The notes below the pieces were generated by a model. It did not search any database. It had not been told where the DNA came from and was given only the letters and a program-made list of their open reading frames with translations. Both the position numbers and the translations under genes were made by a program. A stretch of DNA of 64,000 bases, from NCBI RefSeq assembly GCF_028641065.1, contig NC_073387.1, positions 38,130,001 through 38,194,000 on the forward strand. The letters are read 5' to 3'. Position 1 is the first letter of the stretch. Each line of letters opens with the position of its first letter. Of this stretch, positions 25,679-37,112 are shown piece by piece. This stretch comes from Leucoraja erinacea (taxonomy: Eukaryota).

Positions 25679-26963
25679 CTAGACCAGGTGCGGACCCGTT
25701 GGGCCCCATCCCCCAAGGCAATATTCCACCACTGACCCATAGCTCCCAACTGCGCAGGCACGGCTGAGGGGTTCCCATTCTGACACCAAGAGATCCCCGT
25801 TGAGACGGCAACCCTCCATCAACTGCCTCTCTTCCTACCCCTATCCGCCTTCATTCCCCCTTATCCCCCAGCACTCCCTCCCCTTCCTCTTCTTTCCCCT
25901 CCCCCTCCCCTCTCCTTTCCCCTCCCCTCTCCTTTCCCCTACCCTCATCACTCCCTCCATAACCCCTCTCCCTCCATCCTCCTGCAATCCTAAACCTCCC
26001 CTATCCTACTCCCCCACTCTCCCTCATCTCCCCACTGCCCGCCTCTCCCCTCTATCCCCCACTGCCGGCCTCTCCCCTCCCCCACTGCCCGCCTCTCTCC
26101 TCTATCCCCCACTGCCCGCCTCTCTCCCTCTACCCCCCACTATACCTCCCCTACCCCCTCTCCTCTTGCTCTATCCCCCCCCCCCCCCCCCCTCCTCCTC
26201 TCACCTCCCCCAATCCCACTCCCAAATGAAAATCAGTTTTTTTTTAAAATGAAACCCCCATCCTTCTCCCTCCCCCCCACCCCCCTCCCTCTATCTCTTC
26301 TCCCCCCCCCTCCCCCCCCAGTGAAAAGCGTACATTTTTTGAATTAAATTCACATTGAAAATCGTGTTTTTTTCTTCAAAATAACCTAAACACAATATTA
26401 GCTGTTAATGAAAATGGAAGAATTTGGTTAAAATTGAGTTTTTTTTTAAAAGCGTGATTTTTTAATGTAAATGAGATTCGGGATCCCACTGTAATGTTGA
26501 ACACGGCTGACGGGCAGGGAGGGGGGGGGGGGGCACGGGTAGGGGGGCACAGGGGAGGGGGGGAGGGGGGGGAGGGGGGGGGGGACGGGACGGGGGGGGG
26601 GCGACGGGACGGGAGGGACGGGGGGGACGGGGAGGGGGGGGACGGGGAGAGGGGGGCGACGGGGACGGGGGGGGGGGGAGGGGGGAGGACGGGACGGGGA
26701 GGGGGGGGACGGGACGGGGGGGGGGGGGACGGGGAGGGGGGGGACGACGGGGGGACGGGACGGGGAGGGGGGGGACGGGACGGGGAGGGGGGGGGACGGG
26801 ACGGGGGGGGGGGGGGGGGACGGGGGGGGGGGGGGGGGACGGGACGGGGAGGGGGGGGACGGGACGGGAGGGGGGGGGGGGACGGGGAGGGGGGGGACGG
26901 GACGGGGAGGGGGGGGACGGGACGGGGACGGGGGATCGGGGAGGGGGGGGCGATATAGATAGA
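25679..26963 (-). mobile_element. Apparently full-length non-autonomous Helitron-like element
   Basis: Minus strand starts A|TCTATCTATAT and ends gggcccaacgggtcc-gcacctggt-CTAG|T. No TSD. Same family as 1-1367. Confidence 0.75.
26510..26950. repeat. Extreme G-rich (GGGAC / poly-G) low-complexity array
   Basis: Repeated gggac / ggggag units. Source of the spurious Pro- and Gly-rich ORFs. Confidence 0.85.
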
Positions 26964-27900
26964 TAGCCTCCGGGACACCCTTCCTATAGCAAGTGGCCAG
27001 ACTGTTTAATGCCATACCTTAATATTGGAATTTACTGCAAAAACTAATGTCTAGCATTGAAAAGTAATTTCAGTAGCAGTAGCATGGAGGAAGGTCTGAA
27101 GTTGAAATCTGCGTCGGGACTTTTTGGAGTAATTACATATAAGGAACAAAGTATCTGTGGATGTCAAAAATATAAAATGAAAATGCTATTTAATATTGAA
27201 AATAATTGCTCTGATTAGAACTTGAGTCAAAGAAACAATGCAATGAAGTTGGAATATTGATTGAAGAATATTAGCAGTCTACTGTTAACACTATATAATG
27301 CAACAGAGGACCTATAGCATGAGCTCCATGCAAGAACTACTTTCAATGCCAAGAGCATGCCTAATTGGGATGGGGCAGGAAGAATGTTTGTGAACGACTA
27401 GTTTTGTTCTGATGCAGGATATTGACTTCCCTTTGTCTTCGTAGATGCTGCCCAACCCTGTGTGTTCCTCCTGCAGCTTTTTTTTTAAACTAACCATGTA
27501 CATTTGTATATTAGCTATTACCCGTGCCGAATACAAAAGAAACAAGAGATTAGCTGGCATCCACCACTGCTGAATCAACAAATATCTCTGTCTAGAGGAA
27601 CATGTAGGTTCAGTAATTAAACTAGCTCCAACATTTTGTCTAGTTTTACCTGAACAGCTGCTTAAGGCACTGGGGGTAGATTCAAAGATATGGAAACATG
27701 TTTTAACATTATAACGGTGAGAAAGTTTTGCTACAGAATAATTAAACTACAAAATTAAAGCTGGTAGTCAAATATTATTCTAATCTAAATATTAGATATT
27801 GCAGTCTTAAAGTACTAGGTTTGACTCATTTGAAAATGTAAATATTTTAAAAGTCGTTCTACTGCTAATGTGCAATTAACAAAGAAAATAGCCAACATAC

Positions 27901-27954
27901 ACGTAGCCTATCACATCAGCGAAGGACTGTTTGTAGAAAGCTTCGTCAGCGATC
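27901..27954 (-). CDS. CLTB: CLTB 54-nt neuron-specific alternative exon (IADEAFYKQSFADVIGYV)
   Basis: cactag acceptor and gtatgt donor, phase 2-2. Homologous to the 18-aa neuronal insert of clathrin light chains. Confidence 0.92.
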
Positions 27955-28804
27955 CTAGTGCACATGCATGTTAGTCCAGAAAGTGAACCAGCAGATCAAC
28001 AGGAAAGGGAGCACAGAAGTTGCAACAGGTACAGAAAAGACAAGGAATAAAAAGAGGAAGGACAGTGTTAATATTTTTAGTAAGTATTTCACCTTTGCCT
28101 GGAATAAAGCTAGGAAAATAGTTAAGTGAAGAAAATTTCCATTACAAATCTGCAGTTCAATTGTGTATTGTTAAGACAATCTAATTCTGGCAGTCTAAAG
28201 TAAAGCTAATTTTACAATGGACACATTGCATTATGGACTGTGAATCCAGTCACTATTCAGTTCAAGTTATCAGTCATAATTTAACATTCAAATTAGTACA
28301 TTCAATGTTACAAGCATGCTCTTTAAATGTGATATTTGCCCAAAAAGAACAGTGTAAACAAACTTCAATAAAAAACATTTCTGCAAAATCTAGTTCAAAT
28401 TGCAAAAAATACAGCTAAATCCAGTTGTGAGGAATCAAATCCCCACCTCTAAATTTTAAAACTTACTTTACTCTCCATATTGAATTTTTTTTAATCGTGA
28501 CAATATTGTTTCTGAAAAGCTCTAACGTATTCAATTAAGCCCCCTGCTTGAAATGTTTAGTGTCAAAATAGCTTTGAAACTCTTAGGCACTCCATTTCAG
28601 ACTGTAATTTTTACTTTAAAACACCCCTAATCCCATATTCTTTGTTGCTTTATCTCAAGACTGCATTTTAGCAACTAACCATCTGCCACCAGGCTTCCAC
28701 CCAAATTTACCTGCCGTTTGTGAGAAAAATGCAATCTAATGCTAAAATAACTGCAATCATCCTCAAAATATTTGCAACCAACTACTCCAAATACACAACA
28801 TTCC

Positions 28805-29185
28805 TGTGTACATGATGTACCAAATCATGAGGAACAGATTGGATAAACGCACAATCTCCTGCCCAGAGTAGGGGAAATCGAGAACCACAGGACATGGGTG
28901 TAACACGGGGGGGGGGGGAAAGGGGAAGGAATAGATTTAATAGAAACCAGCGGGGTAACTATTTATTTTACATAAGGGTGGTGGATGTATGGATCGAGCT
29001 ACCGGAGGAGGTAGTCAAGGCAGATACTATCTCAACATTTAAGACACATTGAGACAGGTACATGAATAGTATAGGTTTAGAAGGATATGGGCCGAATGCA
29101 GGCAGGTGGGACTAGTGTGGATGGGGCATGTTGGTCGGTGTGGGCAAGTTGGGCCAATGGGCCTGTTTCCACAATGTATGACTCG
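28805..29185 (+). mobile_element. CR1 3' fragment
   Basis: gcaggcaggtgggactagtg...gggcctgtttccac 3' UTR shared with about 18300-18650. Confidence 0.75.
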
Positions 29186-30220
29186 TAAAGTGTACTTGCC
29201 AGAATTGGCTTGAACAGCAGTTTAAGTGTTTAGCATTATTCTTTTGTATTCATACTCCATGCCTCCTCAAAACTTCAAACACCATTTTTAATGGCCTTGA
29301 TCGTCATCTTCAAAGATTCATGCATCTCATTCTGCAGATATCCAAGATGGAAAGTTAATTAAATCCAAGTAAACAATTGCATAAAGCTCAGAACAGAGGA
29401 TGAAAAATCCAGTTCTAAATGATCACGCATAGTTATTTGATTTTATCCACGGTAGACAAAAATGCTGGAGATTTTATCCAAGTACTTGCATTGACTTAAG
29501 TTACGATGACCTGCAAAATACAAGTCTTAATTTGTTATATAATGTTGACATGAAAATTAAAAATATTCTGAGAGGTCCGTACAAGAAACACTGATTTTAA
29601 ATAAATTTGTTCCTTTGCGGTTGCTCGTTATCTGTAAATGAATTTTCAAAGCAGATAAAGGCAAACAGGAGAAATTTGAATAAACTACTTTAAGCACTTC
29701 AAGGTATAAAGTAAAATTCCAGGGTAATCAAGGCCATTGTTTAAAAATGCTTCTTTCCCTGAAGCAATGACAGTCAAGGACTAGAAGAGTGAGCCAAACA
29801 ATTTATAATTGTAACAGTAACTTTTGTAACACCTTTACTCAAAATTGTGGCCTCACCCAGACTAGTTAGAACCCAATGTTACATGATGAGATTGTGCATT
29901 GCTGCAATCTATTCCTCATAAATGCACTGTATGTCTGCTGTGCATAATAAGATCTATAACTAAAACTAACATTACAATGCTCTTACAAAAAATATAATCT
30001 TACTTGTATAAGGAAGATGGAATAGGGATTACCATCCAAGCTTCACAAATAAAGCCCCAAAATATTAAGTTATTTAAGTTGAAACTCTTGATACTTCCGT
30101 ACTAACTGGAATTAAATGAACATCCACCGGGATTAAAGCATTTCTAGTCAAATTCTATTTGGAATAGCCCATACCATTAAGCATAAAATATTTTGGTGCT
30201 TAACCAAAATATTTTTTTAA

Positions 30221-31152
30221 TATAACCATATAACAATTACAGCACGGAAACAGGCTATCTCGGCCCTACAAGTCCGTGCCGAACAACTTTTTTTCCCTTA
30301 GTCCCACCTGCCTGCACTCATACTATAACCCTCCATTCCCTTCTCATCCATATGCCTATCCCATTTATTTTTAAATGATACCAACAAACATGCCGCCACC
30401 ACTTCCACTGGAAGCTCATTCCTCACCGCTACCACTCTCTGAGTAAAGAAGATCCCCCTCATGTTACCCTTAAACTTCTGTCCCTTAATTCTGAAGTCAT
30501 GTCCTCTTGTTTGAATCTTCCCTATTCTCAAAGGGAAAAGCTTGACCACATCAACTCTGTCTATCCCTCTCATCATTTTAAAGACCTCTATCAAGTCCCC
30601 CCTTAACCTTCTGCGCTCCAGAGAATAAAGACCTAACTTATTCAACCTATCTCTGTAACTTAGTTGTTGAAACCCAGGCAACATTCTAGTAAATCTCCTC
30701 TGTACTCTCTCTATTTTGTTGACATCCTTCCTATAATTGGGCGACCAAAATTGTACACCATACTCCAGATTTGGTCTCACCAATGCCTTGTACAATTTTA
30801 ACATTACATCCCAGCTTCTATACTCAATGCTCTGATTTATAAAGGCTAGCATACCAAAAGCTTTCTTTACCACCCTATCTATATGAGATTCCACCTTCAA
30901 GGAACTATGCACGGTTATTCCCAGATCCCTCTGTTCAACTGCATTCTTCAATTCCCTACCATTTACCATGTACGTCCTATTTTGATTTGTCCTGCCAAGG
31001 TGTAGCACCTCACATTTATCAGCATTAAACTCCATCTGCCATCTTTCAGCCCATTTTTCCAAATGGCCTAAATCACTCTGTAGACTTTGGAAATCCTCTT
31101 CATTATCCATAACACCCCATATCTTGGTATCATCTGCATACTTACTAATCCA
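30221..31152 (-). mobile_element. Young 5'-truncated CR1 LINE with open RT C-terminal ORF
   Basis: ORF 30298-31167: SKYADDTK, WQMEFNADKC, LVRPNLEY, LERRRLRGDLIEVFK, with no stops. Confidence 0.93.
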
Positions 31153-31360
31153 ATTAATACAAGTCAATTTTGAGCATAGTTAGAATTGTGCAGAATTTTT
31201 TTAATTTCTAAAGTAGACCCACTAGCTTAGTTTATAAGAAATTGCGTTGGAAAAGCAACTAACATCTCATTTAGAATTAGGTATTCTACAGCCATTTGTG
31301 GTAGCAAACCTATGAATTAGAATTTTCAACAGCTGAGATGAACTTTAAACATTACCATAC

Positions 31361-31472
31361 CTGTTATGTTTCTTCATTTTCTCCAATTGCTCATTCTGTC
31401 GAATATACCATTCATCCAGTTCTTTTCGTGCCTTCTCTTTCCATTCCAATTCGGCTTTTCGAGAAGCAGCAT
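31361..31472 (-). CDS. CLTB: CLTB coding exon 4 (DAASRKAELEWKEKARKELDEWYIRQNEQLEKMKKHNR)
   Basis: ttatcag acceptor and gtatgg donor, 112 nt, phases consistent. Confidence 0.95.
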
Positions 31473-32925
31473 CTGATAAAAATGTTTTAAAATGACAACT
31501 TGGACGACAAACAATGGCTTGTAATTGCTCCATTCAGTTTTCCTCTACATTTCATGCAACTTCACAAATACAATGCTTAATTTACAAGAATCCTAGAGAA
31601 AGTGACATAGTCTGTAGGAGGGCAAAGGATCAATAGGAGTTATAATAACAGGAAAATCTATGCAGGAGGTTTGGTGGATTTAACACCCACATTATGAATA
31701 ATACCTTTTACTCGTGCGACTGCGTATTTTACCAACAGATACTAAAATTAGCAATGTGGCTCACAATGAGAAAAACACGAAAACTACAAGGACGATACCA
31801 AATTTTTATTTGCTTCATATCTCCAGATAGGATTTCAGCAAATTGATGGGACCGCAGTAGATGAAAAAGTCATTAGTCTGGGAATTGCTTTGTTTGTAGA
31901 AAGCAACCCCAGCATGGTCACTTTTCTGGGGTTGTTCTAACAGGAAGATCAATTAAGATGAATAGATTTAACTAAACAAAATTGAGGCTTAAACTTTGAC
32001 AGAGTTCAGTAACTAGGGAAGCAAAGTAATTGGAAAGAACAGGGAAGTTGAGAAAATATTCAGGAATTGTGCAAGGATACAACAATTTCAAAAATGGAGG
32101 CAGAAGCACACTTCCACACAACATTTACTGAGTGGCTACACAAATATTAGACCCATAACACACTACAGAATGAGGAACTTTGTAATCTAAACAGCTCATT
32201 TGTTTGGCTGCCAGGGCTGTTTGTTAGCTCATGATGCAAATTTATACGAGTAAACATCAAAAAGTGAACACAAAATGAACTGTAATCACTTCTGAAACAA
32301 TACCAAGATGACTATTAAAGTGCATGAGCAGAATAGTTTACTGTAAACAAAGTGAACTTTTCTACAAAGTATAAAAATGAAACACCTGATCAATAATTAG
32401 TGCTGTATGCAGACTTGAATACATCCTAAACCCTGCACACAACAATTAGATGCTGGAAAACGCTTCAAAAACATGGCATACGGGAACACTCAAGGCTCAA
32501 TTCCTACAAACCAAAAACCCTACTCAGCCGAAACAAGCATAAACAAACCACAGGTAACAAGTTGGATTTTTTTGTTTTGAGGATTGTAAGTAACAGATAA
32601 TATTCCATTACAGCAATTTAACTAACTAAAGAAGTTTCAGAGTAAAACAGTAGGGAAATTTTCATGAATCCAATCTAAAAGAATAGTGGTCTTTAGTTAA
32701 TGGAATTAGTTACTTTTCTCAAAAAAAATTGTATTTATAGTTAAAACATTGTTAATTGTTATTGTTAAGCATTTATAAAGCATTGTTGATTCTTCACCCA
32801 CACGCATGCAGAGAAGCATTGGAAGTTTTTAATTCTCCCACTAGACATAAATGGTTTATGCATTTTCATTTTATGATTAACGTGAGACTAATGTTACTAA
32901 TGCACACACAAAAATTACATCATAC

Positions 32926-33043
32926 CAAGGTTTTCTAGACGAGTTATCTGTTCTTCTCTCCATTTTCGAATGCTTTCTGGTTCCTGACTCAAGCGGTCTG
33001 CTCGAGCTATTGCTGCATAACTGTCGCTTGGACCGTTTGATTC
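32926..33043 (-). CDS. CLTB: CLTB coding exon 3 (ESNGPSDSYAAIARADRLSQEPESIRKWREEQITRLENL)
   Basis: aatacag acceptor and gtatga donor, 118 nt. EPESIRKWREEQ motif. Confidence 0.95.
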
Positions 33044-34115
33044 CTGTATTAACAAATCATTACACAAGTACGACTCAGTCTCTGTTGATGGGACTGCACT
33101 TATCAATTCCTGCTTAAAATATGCATGGCAAATTCTGCCAAATGTTTTATCTTCAGATTATGTTTGAATTAAGCATAGTATTAGTACCCAGAACATTCTG
33201 ATAGGCCCGATTATAGTTTTTATTCTCTTCATTGAGGCTTCACTGGTTTCTTTTCCTAGTTCACTGTATGCTGCACCACCAAGATTTGAGACATTAAAGT
33301 ATAAAAACCACTGGTATTATATTAAGTGATTTGTGACATCATTTCCAAGTGATTTGTGACATCAGTCACTTCAGAAAAACTCAAAATGATTTTCTTAATT
33401 TCTCCTTGTTTTACATTAAGTTGTCATTTTGCTAACTTTCAGATCAGATCAAGCTTACTGCCCAATGGGCTCTACCTGTAAGACATGTTAATGTAATTTT
33501 CTTTACAATTAACTGAATACCTTTCCCCAAACTGAATTACTTCTCTGAAACATACCATTGGAAACTTAATGTGACCATAACCGCAAACGTTTACTTATAA
33601 AAATTAAGCTTCAAAATTGTGCTTCCTCCAACTCCAGGTAATCAATAATGTACCATGGATATACACTAGAATCCAATTTAAAGGTCTCAATTTTGCAGTC
33701 AATGATGACCCACAGTAAGACTATATTTAGGACGGTATAGATCCACAAGCATCCAATCATGCTCCCAAGGTTGTCTGATCCTCAACATCAAGATCTTGCA
33801 TTATATCACAACTTCATATATTGAAATCCTTTGTGGTGGAAAAAGCCACAGCAAGCAAGCAAAAATGTTGACATTCAACCAAGCTTTAAAAACCACTATA
33901 GCATAGAACCAAAATTAGAACATGCTAAAATTAACACTCAAATGAAAAAACATATTTATATTCCAGAGTAATTAAGAGTCAACTAAAGATTGGAATAACT
34001 TGAACATGACTAATCAAATGAATGCAGACATCCTTTCTGCACAAGGTCAACACATGTTGTTAAAGCAAATTATTTACTTAAAAAATTACTGTAATTGAAA
34101 CATTTTCACACTAAC

Positions 34116-34162
34116 CTGATATACTTCTCCATTAACTGCATTAATTTCATCTTTAAATTCAT
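34116..34162 (-). CDS. CLTB: CLTB coding exon 2 (DEFKDEINAVNGEVYQ)
   Basis: cttttcccccctag acceptor and gttagt donor, 47 nt. Bridges phase 1 to phase 0. VNG.V.Q motif. Confidence 0.88.
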
Positions 34163-34711
34163 CTAGGGGGGAAAAGATATAAAGTTGATGCAATGATACA
34201 CATCGACAATTGTACAGAAAATGTACAAGTTGCATTTGAAGTACAAGAAAGTCATACCATCCAATTTATCAGTTTGTATGCCAAGATTAGAGACCAAGCA
34301 TCCGTGTCACAGCTTTCCACATTTATCTGCAGGTTCGTGACAAAAGTCATTTGATTGGCAATAACTGTGCCATTTAAACCACACAACCGCAGTCCAATAG
34401 ATTTTGTCAGTATTGAACAAAATATCTACATCTGGCTATCTAAACATGCAAATCAAAGCATTAAAACCAACCTCTCTTGAAGGGAAAACAAGCAAAATCC
34501 TCAATAAAATACAAATTTGAAGTTATTTTTTATATTTCAACTGAGAAATATGATACAATGAGGGGAAACATGGCTAGTACCCAATCTAAGGTCTGTAATT
34601 TAAACCTATGTCATCAAGATACTCTTTAAATTATTTAAGGCAGACAGCTACATTTCATTCTGAAGAAGTCAGAAATATCCAGAAGCATTAAGAGAGACAG
34701 CATTTTGATCT

Positions 34712-36308
34712 CATAGAAACATAGAAAATAGGTGCAGGAGTATGCCATTCGGCCCTTTGAGCCTGCACCACCATTCAATATGATCGTGGCTGATCATCCA
34801 ACTCAGTATCCTGTACCTGTTTTCTCTCCATACCCCGATCCCTTTAGCCACAAGGGCCACATCCAACTCCCTCTTAAAAATAGCCAATGAACTGTAAAAG
34901 ATGATTTTCTCATCTCATCTCGGTCCAAAAAGACTTCCCTCTTATCCTTAAACTGTGACCCCTAGTTCTGGACTTCCCCAACATCGGGAACAATCTTCCT
35001 GCATCTAGCCCATCCAACCCCTTCAGAATTCTGTAAGTTTCTACAAGATCCCCCCTCAATCTTCCAAATTCTAGCGTGTACAAGCCAAGTCTATCCAGTC
35101 TTTCTTCATATGAAAGCCCCGACATCCCAGGAATCAGTCTGGTGAATCTTCTCTGCACTCCCTCTATGGCAAGAATGTCTTTCCTCAGATTAGGAGACCA
35201 AAAGTGTATGCAATACTCCAGGTGTGGTCTCACCAAGACCCTGTACAACTGCAGTAGAACCTCCCTGCTCCTACACTCAAATCCTTTTGCTATGAATGCT
35301 AACATACCATTCGCCTTCTTCACTGCCTGCTGCACCCGCATTCCCACTCTCAATGACTGACGCACCATGACAACCAGGTCTCGTTGCATCTCCCCTTTTC
35401 CCAATCGGCCACCATTCAGATAATAGCCTACTTTCCCGTTTTTGCCACCAAAGTGGACAACCCCACATTTATCCACATTATACTGCATCTGCCATGCATT
35501 TGCCCACTCACCCAACCTATCCAAGTCACCTTGCAGCCTCCTAGCATCCTCCTCACAGCTAACACTGCCCCCCAGCTTCGTGTCATCCGCAAACTTGGAG
35601 ATGTTGCCTTCAATTCCCTCATCAAGATCATTAATATATATTGTAAATAGCTGGGGTCCCAGCACTGAGCCTTGCGGCACCCCACTAGTCACTGCCTGCC
35701 ATCCTGAAAAGGACCCGTTCGCTCCTACTCTTTGCTTCCTGTCTGCCAGCCAGCTCTCAATCCACACCAATACCGAACCCCCAACACCGTGTGCCCTAAG
35801 TTTGTATACTAATCTCTTATGTGGGACCCTGTCGAAAGCCCTCTGAAAGTCCAGACATAACACATCCACTGGTTCTCCCCTATCCACTCCACTAGCCACA
35901 TCCTCAAAAAATTCTATAAGATTCGTCGGACATGATTTACCTTTCACAAATCCATGCTGACTTTGTCCAATGAATTCAACACTTTCCAAATGTGCTGCTA
36001 TCCCATCTTTAATAACTGACTCCAGAATTTTCCCCACCACCGATGCTAGACTAACTGGTCTGCAATACCCCGTTCTCTCTCTCCCTCCCTTTCTAAAAAG
36101 TGGGGTTACATTAGCTACCCCCCAGTCCTCAGGAACTACTCCAGAATCCAAAGAGTTTTGAAAAATTATCACTAATGCATCCACTATTTCTGCGGCTACT
36201 TCCTTAAGTACTCTGGGATGCAACTTATCTGGCCCTGGGGATTTATCGGTCTTTAATCCATTCAATTTACCTAACACCACTTCCCGGCTAACCTGGACCT
36301 CACTCAGA
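34712..36308 (-). mobile_element. 5'-truncated CR1 LINE with 470-aa open RT frame and an apparent A-to-G excess
   Basis: ORF 34910-36322 with KSPGPD, SQHGF, VTSGVPQGSVLGP, SKFADDTK. Tail reads catagaaacatagaaa on the plus strand. Confidence 0.95.
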
Positions 36309-36877
36309 TAGAGTCCTTCCATCTCTAAATAAATCTAAAGCCTATTCTCCATTCATATCTGACCTGTGCATTCATTTTCACCCCTTTCCTGCCAAGTTGC
36401 CCATCTGTCTTTATCTCACACTTCATTGAAACTTGTGCCTGAACCTGATACTCTTTTAAGGAATTGTGTATGACACTTAGTAACATCTCCTTGCTCCCTC
36501 GTCTCAATCATCTAAGATTAGAATGAGAGTTCCCTTTTAGGATTTCAAACATAATAATTGGGTTACTTATTCAAGTTCATTCCCCCTCAAGCACTCTTTG
36601 AACTCTGCCGTGTTCCTTCAAAGGCAAAAAAAATCCCAAGTTACATTTTCTAGAATGTCCTGTGTGGTGACTTCTTAACATTCATTTAACAACTATAGAC
36701 AACACACCTTTCAGCCTAAATATTTGTGATGACAGGTGGTTTGGTTTGTTCCGATACGACCTACACCCTTGAGCTTTCTTCAATGGCATGGATACCGAAG
36801 AGAGTGAGAGATTTCCATGCAAAGTTGATGAAACAGCCAAAATAGAACGGAGCTATAGAGCAAAATAGAACTCCCGA

Positions 36878-37112
36878 TGAGTGGTGAATCTGTGGAATTC
36901 TCTGCCGCAGCATGTAGTTGAGGCCAGTTCATTGGCTATATTTAAGAGGGAGTTAGATGTGGCCCTTGTGGCTAGGGGGATCGGGGGGGTATGGAGATAA
37001 GGCAGGGATGGGATACGGAGTTGGATGATCAGCCATGATCATATCGAATGGCGGTGCAGGCTCGAAGGGCCAAATGGCCTACTCCTGCACCTATTTTCTA
37101 TGTATCTATATG
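36878..37112 (+). mobile_element. CR1 3' UTR fragment, inverted relative to 34712-34895
   Basis: Close reverse-complement match to 34712-34895. Confidence 0.8.

Noticed and set aside
26376-27015. Extensin-like or collagen-like ORFs
   Set aside because: Translation of the GGGAC array; the region may also contain base-calling or assembly errors.
27650-27730. 81-nt exon-like segment (tgtag...cag|gtaaaa) just downstream of the CLTB neuronal exon, considered as a CLTA-type second insert
   Set aside because: In-frame TAA after six codons and no similarity to TNINHPCYSLEQ. A poison exon cannot be supported without RNA data.
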